Assembly (NCBI GenBank): GCA_039588295.1
Contig: JBDHAB010000003.1
Span: forward strand, 73,983-137,982
Direction of reading: 5' to 3'
Source of the DNA: Gemmatimonadota bacterium
GTDB lineage: Bacteria > Gemmatimonadota > Gemmatimonadetes > Gemmatimonadales > GWC2-71-9
Length of the DNA: 64,000 nucleotides
Shown here: in pieces, positions 9,567 through 18,652 of the stretch
Position numbering within the stretch: position 1 is the first letter of the stretch
How the letters are laid out: every line of letters begins with the position of its first letter
Made by a program: the position numbers and the translations under genes
Notes under the pieces: model-generated
What the model was told of the DNA's origin: nothing
Database searches by the model: none
Seen by the model: only the letters and a program-made list of their open reading frames with translations

Positions 9567-10199
9567 CTACCACCCCCTCGCCCGTGCAGCCACAACGATC
9601 AGGTCCGCCGCTTGTGCGTAACTGAACACTCCCGTGTTCACCACGAGATGGTAGTTCCCCGGGTCCTCCCATTCCCGATCGTAGTACGTTTTGACGTACC
9701 GCCGCCGTCCCCCGTCAGTGCGTTCAACTGCACGTTCGGCATCCTTCTTGGTAATGCCGAGTCGCTTCATCGCCGCCTCGGTGCGCTGCTCCCGCGGCGC
9801 CACGATGAACACGTGCAAGGAGTCGATCCGTTGGGCCAGACACGCCTGCGCCCCGCGCCCGACGAGAATGAGATTGCGCTCCGCTTGAACGGTTTGCTCG
9901 ATCACGGCCTCGGTCGCCCGCACCAGGTCGTTTTCATTGGTGAAACGATCCCCCGGTGCCGCGCCCGCTGCCACGAACACCTCGGGCGAGGATATCGCCA
10001 GTGCGCGCGCAAGTCGCTCAGCGAGCCCCGGTACTTGTTCTTCCCGCTCTTCTACCTCCTTGCGCGGCACGCCTGCCTGCTCGGCGACGCGATCGACGAA
10101 TTCGTTGTCGATGAGCTGCCATCCGAGCCGCTCCGCCACGAGCCGAGCGATGTTCGAGCCGCCGGAGGCGTATTGGCGCGAAATCGTGATGATCGGCAT
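9567..10199 (-). CDS. Cytidylate kinase-like family protein
   Basis: IITISRQYASGGSNIARLVAERLG, ILVGRGA, D..RRRY....Y...W.DP.NYHLVVNT. Confidence 0.9.
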   Translation of the reverse strand: MPIITISRQYASGGSNIARLVAERLGWQLIDNEFVDRVAEQAGVPRKEVEEREEQVPGLAERLARALAISSPEVFVAAGAAPGDRFTNENDLVRATEAVIEQTVQAERNLILVGRGAQACLAQRIDSLHVFIVAPREQRTEAAMKRLGITKKDAERAVERTDGGRRRYVKTYYDREWEDPGNYHLVVNTGVFSYAQAADLIVVAARARGW

Positions 10200-10211
10200 C
10201 GGCGGTCGTCG

Positions 10212-11681
10212 CTAGCCGAACAGCGGTTGCCCCCCGGCGGAGGGTCCAAGCCCGCCGATCCCGCCGGATCGCGCTCGGGCATAGCCCAACTCATCCGTCC
10301 GTGAGATGCGCTTGTGCGCCACCAGGCCCTCCAGGATGAGCTCGCAGGCTGAAACAGCAGGTGCGGGATCCGATCGGTTGGCAAGCCCGGCGAGCTCGAC
10401 GGCGTCCAGCAAGCCGGGCACCGTGGAGAACCCCTTGAGGCAGAGAGGCGAGCGCTCGTTCGGCGAGACCTTTAACGCGCCACCTTGATCGAACCACTCG
10501 ACCACGGCGTCGCAGTCGAGCCCGCCACAGCGCGCGTCAAACGTCTGTCCCGCCGCCCGCCGCACGAGATCGCGTGCAATGGTGTCCGCGCCCTGGAGCT
10601 CTCCCTCGTACTCGAGTTCGATCTTGCCCGTTATGGCAGGGAGCGCGCTGTACACGTCCGAGAGGCGGGGGACAATCCGGTCCTCTTTCGACCGGATACC
10701 GCGTTGCTCCGCGTTCGATACCACGTTTTCGAGTACGGCTATTGGAAGGCGCTGACTTACCCCCGAACGGCCATCGATTCGCTTGTCGGACCTGGCTTCG
10801 AAGGCAATCCGCTCGACCAGCTCCTTGATGAAGTCGGGGATCTCAATGGCGCGACCGTCGCGCTCGGTCCAGGCCTCCTGCCCCGTGATCTGCATCCCAT
10901 ACTCGACCGTCGGCGGATAGTGCGTGAGAATCTCGCTTCCGATGCGGTCCTTGAGAGGTGTGATGATCTTGCCGCGGGCCGTGTAGTCCTCGGGGTTCGC
11001 GGAGAAGACCAGCAGCACATCGAGGGCCAGACGGATCGGATATCCTTTGATCTGAACGTCACCCTCCTGCATGATGTTGAAGAGGCCCACCTGAATCTTC
11101 CCGGCGAGGTCGGGCAACTCGTTGATCGCGAAGATGCCGCGGTTGCTCCGAGGGAGCAGGCCGTAGTGGATGGTCAACTCATCGGAGAGCAGGTGACCAC
11201 CCCGCGCGGCCTTGATCGGGTCTACATCGCCGATCATGTCCGCGATCGTGACGTCCGGCGTCGCGAGCTTTTCCACGAATCGCCGGTGCCTCGGGATCCA
11301 CTCGATCGGCGTCCGGTCACGGTGTTCATTCAGCAGCTGGCGTCCGGACTTAGAGATCGGATGAAACGGGTTGTCGTTGACCTCACTCCCGGCGATGATA
11401 GGGATCTCCTCATCGAGCAAGCTCACGAGCTGTCGGAGGATCCGGCTCTTGGCCTGTCCGCGCAGACCGAGCAAGATGAGATTGTGGCGTGCCAGCAGCG
11501 CATTCACGACCTGAGGTACAACGCTCTCCTCGAATCCCACGATACCGGGAAACACCTCCCGACCCATCTCGAGCAAGCATATCAGGTTGTGACGCATCTC
11601 GTCTTTCACGGAGCGGTTGTGCACCTGCGGATCGCTCCAGGCCGTCTGCTTGAGTTCCCCCAACGTCTGTGGCTTGGTCAT
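10212..11681 (-). CDS. AAA+ ATPase, magnesium-chelatase/MoxR-like family
   Basis: Variant Walker A GLRGQAKS, variant Walker B FAINELPDL, SANPEDYTARGKIITPLKDR. Confidence 0.9.
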   Translation of the reverse strand: MTKPQTLGELKQTAWSDPQVHNRSVKDEMRHNLICLLEMGREVFPGIVGFEESVVPQVVNALLARHNLILLGLRGQAKSRILRQLVSLLDEEIPIIAGSEVNDNPFHPISKSGRQLLNEHRDRTPIEWIPRHRRFVEKLATPDVTIADMIGDVDPIKAARGGHLLSDELTIHYGLLPRSNRGIFAINELPDLAGKIQVGLFNIMQEGDVQIKGYPIRLALDVLLVFSANPEDYTARGKIITPLKDRIGSEILTHYPPTVEYGMQITGQEAWTERDGRAIEIPDFIKELVERIAFEARSDKRIDGRSGVSQRLPIAVLENVVSNAEQRGIRSKEDRIVPRLSDVYSALPAITGKIELEYEGELQGADTIARDLVRRAAGQTFDARCGGLDCDAVVEWFDQGGALKVSPNERSPLCLKGFSTVPGLLDAVELAGLANRSDPAPAVSACELILEGLVAHKRISRTDELGYARARSGGIGGLGPSAGGQPLFG

Positions 11682-11757
11682 GTGATCGTTAGCACCTCAG
11701 GAGTCGGCTGTGGCCGTGGTATGCCCGCCGTTATATACCCACCGTGGAGAGACGCGT

Positions 11758-14100
11758 TCAAGCCCGTCGCAGAACGATGCCCACCAGCCGGAAGGCGACG
11801 ACCGCGTGAGCGGGAATGGGAAACGCGACGCCGTTCGGTACGGCGGTTGCTTTCTCAGTCGTGTCCCGCTCGAGCAGGTCCGTCCGTCTTGCTTCCTCAA
11901 ACGCCAGTAGCCCGTGGCCGAGGGTCAGGTATCGGTCCACTCCGCTGAGATCCTGTATGTAGGCGATCATGCCGTTCCCATCGTCTGCCCGTTTGAGCCC
12001 CAGGATGACGGCGTCGGGTTGGTCCAACGTCACGAGACTGCCGAATCGCGGAAGCAACCCCGAGCCACGCCCGGCAATCGGGACGGGCAACAAGGGTTCC
12101 GTGCTCCACCCGAATCGCGCACACTCGGCGATGTCGACGGGGCGATCGGCGACCGCCAAACGGTAGCGACTACGTCCGGCAGGGGCCGGGCTCACGATTG
12201 TCCCGTTGCTGCGCACGGTGGTCCAAGGCGCATGCATCCCCCGGAACAGCACCGATGCACCCTCCGATTCCACCGCGAGCCAGCGAAGGTGCGCAACGTG
12301 CCGCACCGGAGCCCGCCATTCCCCGAACCCGGCCGGCGTCTCCCACCGTACGGTCGGTGAAGGAAGGTCGAGCGCGAATCGGTACTCGGTGGTCGCTCCA
12401 CGATCCCGGCGAACCTCGTTCTGAATGTCGATCCAAGGAAGCGAGTCGTACACGCTCATGACCGAGCGAAAATCGCCGAGGTCAGAGCTCCACCGGTCGG
12501 CGATCAAGCGTTTCCCGAACCCGGGGATGTCCTCGCGCGTGACCCGCTGGAGGATCGAGCCGCGGACGGTGTTGAGACCCTGTGTTCCCGACCACTCGCG
12601 TTCCCGCGGCAAGGTCGCGAGCGAGGCGATCGCGCCGGTGACGCGATCGAGTGCAACACGCAATCCAGCGGTCTCAATGAACGGACTCGATACGGCATGC
12701 TCCGTGCGAACCGGCAGCGGCTCCAAGGCGCGCTCGACAATGAACGCGTATCCGAGTGGTGGAATGTCGGTCACGAGCTGGGGTCGTTCCGCTGTGAGCG
12801 TGCTGACATCGGTGCGCCGAAACGGCGTCGTGTTGATCACGAGGTGACCGGGGAAATCCGTCTCGATAGCGTTGGCGACCGCGGTTGCCGCGGCGGTTCC
12901 CGGTGGGTGGCCGAGCAGTTCCGCCAGCGGCTCGAGCACCACTGCCGCCCGAGCGGACGCCGACGCAGCGTGCCGGTCGCCCGCCAATCGAAGCTCCAGG
13001 GCTGTTGGCGGGTCACTTGATGTAACGGCTGGGACGCGCACGACCGGCACGCGCTCCGGAGAACGCGTGTCAAGGTGCGCTTCGAACTCACCCACGGCAC
13101 CGGCGAGGATCTTGGGATATGCGTAGGAGGCGTTCCAACGGCGCACCGCCGCCGCGCCAAGGTGTAGGTCTTCATCGAAGCTCGCCGCGGCGACAACGGT
13201 CAGTGCTCGAGGGATTGTCGAAGGTCGGGCAGTCTGCGGCAGGAGGCTGGGCGTTTCCGCCAACCACTGTTCGATCTGCCGTCCCATCGCGGCCGAGTCA
13301 GTCCCAAAACGTAGTGACTCGGGGTCGCCGCCGGGCGGCACCTGCGCGACCAGAATTCGGGACTGGTCGGGCGCCTCCCACCACTCCAGCGACTCACCCG
13401 GCCCCGCTGGGCGGACCGCATAGCGTATCCCGGTTCCTGCGAGCGCCTGGAGTGCTGCGGGAATCATGGTTTCCGGATGCGTGATGAACGCGACGGGACT
13501 CACCGGAACCCCGTATCCAGTTTCGAGCCGCAGCGCCTGTTCGCCCATACGGAGGAGCGCAAGGTGATCGAGGAGCGGGGTTCGGCTTGGAGCTCCGAGG
13601 GGATTTCCGCGCACTCCCGCCTCCAGCAGTGTCGCCGTTCGTACGGCTCGCGCAATCGGCGCTGCACCGGCGAGCTGTTCAGCGAGCCCCCTGGGATCCG
13701 CCACAGTGAACCAAAGGATTGTCCACCGCGGCCGAGGTTGAAGGCGATGCTGAGCGCGCAGGACACCGCGAACTCCGGGTGCCTCGAGCTCGGTCGTTAT
13801 GGACCGCTCGCGGTCGATGGGGAGCCAGAGTTCGCCGTACATTCTGCCCTGCGATCGCAACACGCCCGCGGTGCCGAGCAGACGTCTTCGTCTCCCGTAT
13901 ACCCGAAGCCTGGCGGCAGCAGCATCGACACCGGTGACGACAAACCGCACCAGGTTTGCCTGTCCGTCGGGCTGACCGTAGAAGACGGTCGCCTCGGCAT
14001 CGACACGGGGGGCCGCCCCAGATACGGACCGCCAGCCCCAGGCTCCCACCGCGAGGCGGGTGAGTGAGGAGAGGAACTCGCGTCGACCGCTCGTCACCAC
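11758..14100 (-). CDS. Tat-exported protein with GH38 (alpha-mannosidase)-like architecture, catalytic motif apparently degenerate
   Basis: Twin-arginine signal SGRREFL; GH38-like segments VRRWNASYAYPKI, VINTTPFRRTD, DIPPLGYA, VYDSLPWIDIQNEV, LKRADDGNGMI, TDLLER. Confidence 0.65.
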   Translation of the reverse strand: MVTSGRREFLSSLTRLAVGAWGWRSVSGAAPRVDAEATVFYGQPDGQANLVRFVVTGVDAAAARLRVYGRRRRLLGTAGVLRSQGRMYGELWLPIDRERSITTELEAPGVRGVLRAQHRLQPRPRWTILWFTVADPRGLAEQLAGAAPIARAVRTATLLEAGVRGNPLGAPSRTPLLDHLALLRMGEQALRLETGYGVPVSPVAFITHPETMIPAALQALAGTGIRYAVRPAGPGESLEWWEAPDQSRILVAQVPPGGDPESLRFGTDSAAMGRQIEQWLAETPSLLPQTARPSTIPRALTVVAAASFDEDLHLGAAAVRRWNASYAYPKILAGAVGEFEAHLDTRSPERVPVVRVPAVTSSDPPTALELRLAGDRHAASASARAAVVLEPLAELLGHPPGTAAATAVANAIETDFPGHLVINTTPFRRTDVSTLTAERPQLVTDIPPLGYAFIVERALEPLPVRTEHAVSSPFIETAGLRVALDRVTGAIASLATLPREREWSGTQGLNTVRGSILQRVTREDIPGFGKRLIADRWSSDLGDFRSVMSVYDSLPWIDIQNEVRRDRGATTEYRFALDLPSPTVRWETPAGFGEWRAPVRHVAHLRWLAVESEGASVLFRGMHAPWTTVRSNGTIVSPAPAGRSRYRLAVADRPVDIAECARFGWSTEPLLPVPIAGRGSGLLPRFGSLVTLDQPDAVILGLKRADDGNGMIAYIQDLSGVDRYLTLGHGLLAFEEARRTDLLERDTTEKATAVPNGVAFPIPAHAVVAFRLVGIVLRRA

Positions 14101-14212
14101 GGCACCCCGTTGCGTGTGAAGCTGGCGATTCCCCCCGGGGGGGCGTAGGCTTCGTCATGGGCTTCGTTCAAGCTACGGCGCTCCTTGGTCGACCGACGGG
14201 GACGAGAGGCAG

Positions 14213-14389
14213 ATGAAACAGGCAATCACATGGCTTGTCGTGGCGGCCGTCATCGGCTGTGCCGGATCGGAACGCACCGACCGCATCGAGGAAGGGGACG
14301 TTCCGTCGGCGACACCAATGGATGTGGACACGGTGGCGCCCGATACCGTCATGGCCAGAGACACCGCCCGCCTCGGCAGAGCCCGTTAG
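14213..14389 (+). CDS. Small putative lipoprotein (58 aa), absent from the ORF track
   Basis: GAGAGG RBS then MKQAITWLVVAAVIGC (lipobox-like VIGC) AGSERTDRIEEGDVPSATPMDVDTVAPDTVMARDTARLGRAR*. Confidence 0.65.
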   Translation: MKQAITWLVVAAVIGCAGSERTDRIEEGDVPSATPMDVDTVAPDTVMARDTARLGRAR

Positions 14390-14485
14390 CGCAGGGATGA
14401 CCTGGCGGCGGTGGTCAGCCTCGGCGTCCTCTCCGCCGGAGCGATGGGACTGGTTTGCGACCGTTGTCGGCGTTCACTGGGGCCG

Positions 14486-15898
14486 CTATTCGAGTGAGAA
14501 GAAACTCGCCAGGCGCTCACGGTGATCGATGGGTACATACTCGCCGCTCTCCGCATGCACCTGGTACTCACCGAGATAGCCACCGCTGGCGACTACCTCG
14601 AGCATCTCTACCAGTCGGTCAACGTCCTCGGTCGTGTTGTAGCAGCCGAAGCTCGCCCGCACCATACCAGGCATCTCGGACTTGTCCCCACTGAGGACCC
14701 GGGCCTTCCACCGGGTCTGCTCCGCCTCGGGTAGGTTCAGCAGATGGACGACGTACGGGTGGGCACAGAAGCAGCCGCTGCGCACGCCGACCCCACCTTC
14801 GTACCCGAGGATGGCCGCCACCAAGTAGTGTGAGATGCTCTCGAGGTTGAACGGAATGACACCAAGTCGTTGATCGCTCCGCCGTGGATCGGTGTCTCCG
14901 TAGAGCCGGATACGCGGGATCGAGCGCAGGCGCTCGAGCGCATACGCAGTGAGATGTGCCTCGTGTGCGGCCACCGTATCCATCCCCAGGTCCATCAGTA
15001 CCTGGGCGGACTTGGCCATCGCCATGGCGCCGATCACGTTGGGGCTGCCGGCCTCATCGCGGTCAGGCATGGCGGCCCAATGCACTTCGTTCAGCGTGAC
15101 GACGTCGACCGTGCCTCCGCCGGGGTATTCGGGCCCTGACTGGAGGAACAACTCCTTGGGGCCGATCAAGGCGCCTGTGCCGAAGGGGGCGTACATCTTG
15201 TGGCCGGCGAGCGCCACAAAATCCAGGTGTTCCGGGTCGTCGTCCGGCTTCATGTCGATCCGACGGTGGGGAGCGAGTTGTGCTCCGTCCACCATGATCC
15301 TGGCTCCCACGTCGTGCGTCAGGCGCGCCAACCGGTGCACCGGCTGGAGCAACCCTGTGACGTTTGAGGCCGCCGTTACCGCGACGAGCGCGATTCGGCC
15401 CGCATGGTTCTGTAGCTGGCGTTCGAAATCCTCTTCGTCCAGGCGACCATCGGCCGTCGCCCCCACGTGCACGACTCGGGCGCGGTTGCGCCACGGAAGA
15501 TCGTTGGAATGGTGCTCCATGATCGTGGTGATGACTACGGAGTCGGAGTCCAACGGAAGTCGGTAAGAGAGCTTGTTGATCGCTTCGGTCGTGTTCTTCC
15601 CGAAGATCACCGTGTGTGTCTCAGGGTTTGCGTCGACGAACCGCGCGATGATCTCATGAGCCTGGTCATACACCAAGGTGCTCAATCGCGACTTGAATCC
15701 GGAGCCGCGGTGCACACTCGAGTAGTATGGAAGGAAACGCTCGACCGCCTCCGCGACGTCCTTGAGTGTTGGGGTGGTCGCTGCGTTGTCCAGGTTGATG
15801 TACGGCGCGAGGCTGCCATCGAGCACGGGAACCATGTGATCGAGTCCCAAGACGCGCTCGCGCATTCCCTGCGTCTGCGCAGCGGTCGTTCCGGTCAT
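14486..15898 (-). CDS. Class V PLP aminotransferase, SufS-like cysteine desulfurase / selenocysteine lyase family
   Basis: YINLDNAATT, YSSVHRG, KNTTEAIN, MEHHSNDLPW, DGAQ, AGHKMYAPFGTG, VRSGCFCAHP. ATG 15898 overlaps the fdh stop (ATGA). Confidence 0.9.
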   Translation of the reverse strand: MTGTTAAQTQGMRERVLGLDHMVPVLDGSLAPYINLDNAATTPTLKDVAEAVERFLPYYSSVHRGSGFKSRLSTLVYDQAHEIIARFVDANPETHTVIFGKNTTEAINKLSYRLPLDSDSVVITTIMEHHSNDLPWRNRARVVHVGATADGRLDEEDFERQLQNHAGRIALVAVTAASNVTGLLQPVHRLARLTHDVGARIMVDGAQLAPHRRIDMKPDDDPEHLDFVALAGHKMYAPFGTGALIGPKELFLQSGPEYPGGGTVDVVTLNEVHWAAMPDRDEAGSPNVIGAMAMAKSAQVLMDLGMDTVAAHEAHLTAYALERLRSIPRIRLYGDTDPRRSDQRLGVIPFNLESISHYLVAAILGYEGGVGVRSGCFCAHPYVVHLLNLPEAEQTRWKARVLSGDKSEMPGMVRASFGCYNTTEDVDRLVEMLEVVASGGYLGEYQVHAESGEYVPIDHRERLASFFSLE

Positions 15899-18642
15899 GC
15901 CGCTCCCCGCATTGATGTTGGTGGCTCTGCCGGCTCCACGCGCACGGGACAGACCTTGAGTTCCGCGGTGTGTGTAACGGGGTCGTATCCCGACCCTGTG
16001 AGAAGGTTCACCGGCACATCGGCGAAGCTGAAACTCGCGAAGACCGTGCCACGTGGCGATCGACGGGTTTCCTTCACCTTGATGACCACACAGCCACGCC
16101 GGCTGTGCATCCGCGCCCAGCCACCGTCGTGGAGTCCCCACGCCTCTGCGTCCGTCGGATGCACTTCGAGCGACTCTTCCGAAAGCAGGTAATCGATGCC
16201 CGCTGAGCGTCCCGTCTGCGTCCGAGTGTGGTAGGACTGAAGCCGACGCCCCGTCGTGAGCCAAACGGGATACTCCTCGTCCGTCGTCTCTGCTGGATCG
16301 CGATACTCGATCAGCGTGAAGATGCCACGCCCGTTCTTGAACTCTCGCTGGTGGAGGATCGGAGTGCCCGGATGCCCCTTCTCCGGGACCGGCCACTGAA
16401 ACTCGCCGTGTTCGATCCGATCCCAATCGAGGCCGCCATAGATGGGAGAGACGCTGCACAGCTCCTTGAAGATCTCCTGTGGTGACGTGTAATCGAAACC
16501 CTCGAAGCCGAGTCGCTTGGCGATCTGGCTGAGGATCCACCAGTCCGGTCGCGCGTCACCCGGCGGCGTGACGGCGGCGCGGAGGCGTTGCACACGCCGC
16601 TCGGTGTTCGTACAGGTACCGTCGGTTTCACCCCATGCCGTCGCCGGAAGCACGACATCGGCGAGCTGCGCGGTTTCAGTCAAGAAGATATCGATGACGA
16701 CGAGGTGATCGAGGCTTCGCAGGGCATGCTCACAGTGGTGACGGTCCGGATCCGACACGACGGTGTTCTCGCCGTTGATCAGCATGGCACGAATCTGGTC
16801 CCCCGCGAGCTGCAGCGCCGTGACCTTGGTCATGCCCTTTTCGAGGTCGACCTTCCGTCCGTAGACTTTCTCGAACTTCGCTTGGTTGGCGGGATCGGTG
16901 ACCGCCTGGAACCCGGGGTAGTTGTTCGGCAGTGCTCCGGTGTCGCCGGCACCCTGGATGTTGTTCTGCCCGCGCATCGGGTTGATCCCGGTCCCCTCAC
17001 GGCCGATATTGCCGGTCATGAGCGCCAGGTTGCAGATGCTCTGGACGTTCTCCACGCCACAGATGTGCTCGGTTACGCCCAACGTGTAGTAGATCGCCCC
17101 TCGCTCGGCGCGTCCGTACCAGAGCGCCGCGGTCTCGATGTCTCTTGCCGGTACACCGGTGATTGGCTCCGCCCACTCGGGTGGGAACTGCTGTACGTGT
17201 TTGAGGAATTTCTCTCCCTCGACTGTACGGTCGCCGACGAACTGCTCGTCGACTAGGCCCTCTCGAGCGATCACGTGCGCCATGGCCAGAAGCAGAGCGG
17301 CGTCCGAGCCGACACGAATCGGGAGATACAGATCGGCGAGATCGGCGAGTCCGATTCGCCGCGGATCGGCCACGACCATCTTCGCACCCTTGGCCAGCGC
17401 CCGCTTGATGCGGGTGGCCGCCACAGGGTGGCACTCGGTCATGTTGGTGCCGATGCAGAAGAACACATCGGGCTTCTCCATGTCGACCAAGGGGTTCGAC
17501 ATGGCGCCGCGTCCGATCGTGGCTGCCAGACCGGCAACCGTCGGAGCGTGTCAAGCACGGCTACAGTTGTCGATGTTGTTGGTCCCTAACCCCGCCCGCA
17601 CGAACTTCTGCATCGTGTAGGCGGCTTCGCTTGGCGCGCGACCCGACGCCACCGCGTACACACTGTGGCGGCCGTGGCCGGCCACTGCACGGCGGAGGCA
17701 TTCCGCCACCCGGTCGAGCGCCGTGTCCCAGTCCGTCTCGTGCAGCTCACCGTCTCGTTCGCGCACGAGCGGCACCCGCAGACGATCTGGGTGATGCACG
17801 AAGTCCCACGCAAACTGGCCCTTCACGCAGAGCGCCCCTTCGTTTGCGGGACCGTCCATGGCCGGCTGGACTCCGACGATGCGATCTTCCTTGGTCAAGA
17901 CATCGACCGAACACCCCACTCCGCAGTACGGGCAGATCGTTCGCGTCGCCTGGACTTCTCCCGGTACGTCGGCGAAGCGGAGCGCCTTGCGGTCGGCCAA
18001 TGCCCCTGTTGGGCAGGTTTGGATGCACTGCCCACAAAACGTGCATGCCGAGTCTTTGAGCAACCCCGCAAATTCGGTCGTAATCTGGGTCTGGAACCCG
18101 CGGTTCATGACGTTGATGGCGTAGTCGCCTTCCTGCTCGGCACAGACCCGCACGCATCGGTAGCACGAGATGCAGAGTTCGTAGTCGCGTAGGATGAACG
18201 GGTTGTCGTCATCGAGCCGGCTGGTGCCGGACCGACTCCCGCGGAAGCGCATCGACCGGGCGCCGTAGCGATCCACCAACGCCGCGAGTTCCTGCGACCC
18301 GTAGCCCCGGAGCGGGTCGACGTCGATCTCACGGTTCTCCGAAGCCACCATCTCCAGCAGTGTCTTCCGGTGCTTGTCGATGGCAGCCGTTCGCGTGCGC
18401 ACGACCATTCCAGCCGTCGCCTTTGTGGTACACGATGCCACAGGAAGTCGCGAACCCTCGACTTCGACGACGCAGAGGCGACAACCACCGAAAGATTCGA
18501 GGCGTGGGTCGTAACAGAGGGTTGGGATTTCCGCATCGCATCGCTGCGCGACGTCGTAGATGGTCTCACCGGACGAAAAGGACACCTCCCGCCCGTCCAC
18601 AATCATCTGCTGCCGCTTGGCGTCCGTGGGCGTCGCGATCAT
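15895..18642 (-). CDS. fdhF: Selenocysteine-containing Mo/W formate dehydrogenase alpha subunit (915 aa, Sec364) with N-terminal Fe-S domains
   Basis: ORFs 17551-18642 and 15895-17502 are one frame joined by TGA at 17551-17553: NNIDNCSRA-U-HAPTVAGL. N-terminal IPTLC..CRLC..C, CISCYRCVRVC, CTFCGQCIQTCP, CPYCGVGC..LCVKG; RGQNNIQGAGD. Confidence 0.95.
17521..17553 (-). promoter_or_regulatory. Bacterial SECIS element with the Sec UGA codon
   Basis: mRNA UGA-CACGCUCCGAC-GGUUGCC-GGUCU-GGCAGCC: a 7-bp stem starting 11 nt after UGA, closely resembling the E. coli fdhF SECIS (GGUUGCAGGUCUGCACC). Confidence 0.9.
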
Positions 18643-18652
18643 GCTCTCACCC

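Noticed and set aside
10485..11948. Other long antisense ORFs (e.g. 10485-11948, 38031-39311, 40359-41402, 60374-61600)
   Set aside because: Each lies opposite a well-supported gene and lacks motifs; such ORFs are expected from codon bias at high GC.
14128..14146. CCCCCC-GGGGGGG palindromic homopolymer between divergent genes
   Set aside because: It is short, has no U-tract and occurs once; no support for a terminator or phase-variable tract.
15899..16540. Long N-terminal extensions in the ORF track (desulfurase 684 aa; similarly amidohydrolase 705 aa, SDR 729 aa, YgfZ 504 aa)
   Set aside because: The extensions overlap neighbouring real genes in other frames and are low-complexity Arg/Pro/Gly-rich. 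Better starts exist at stop-start overlaps or signal peptides.
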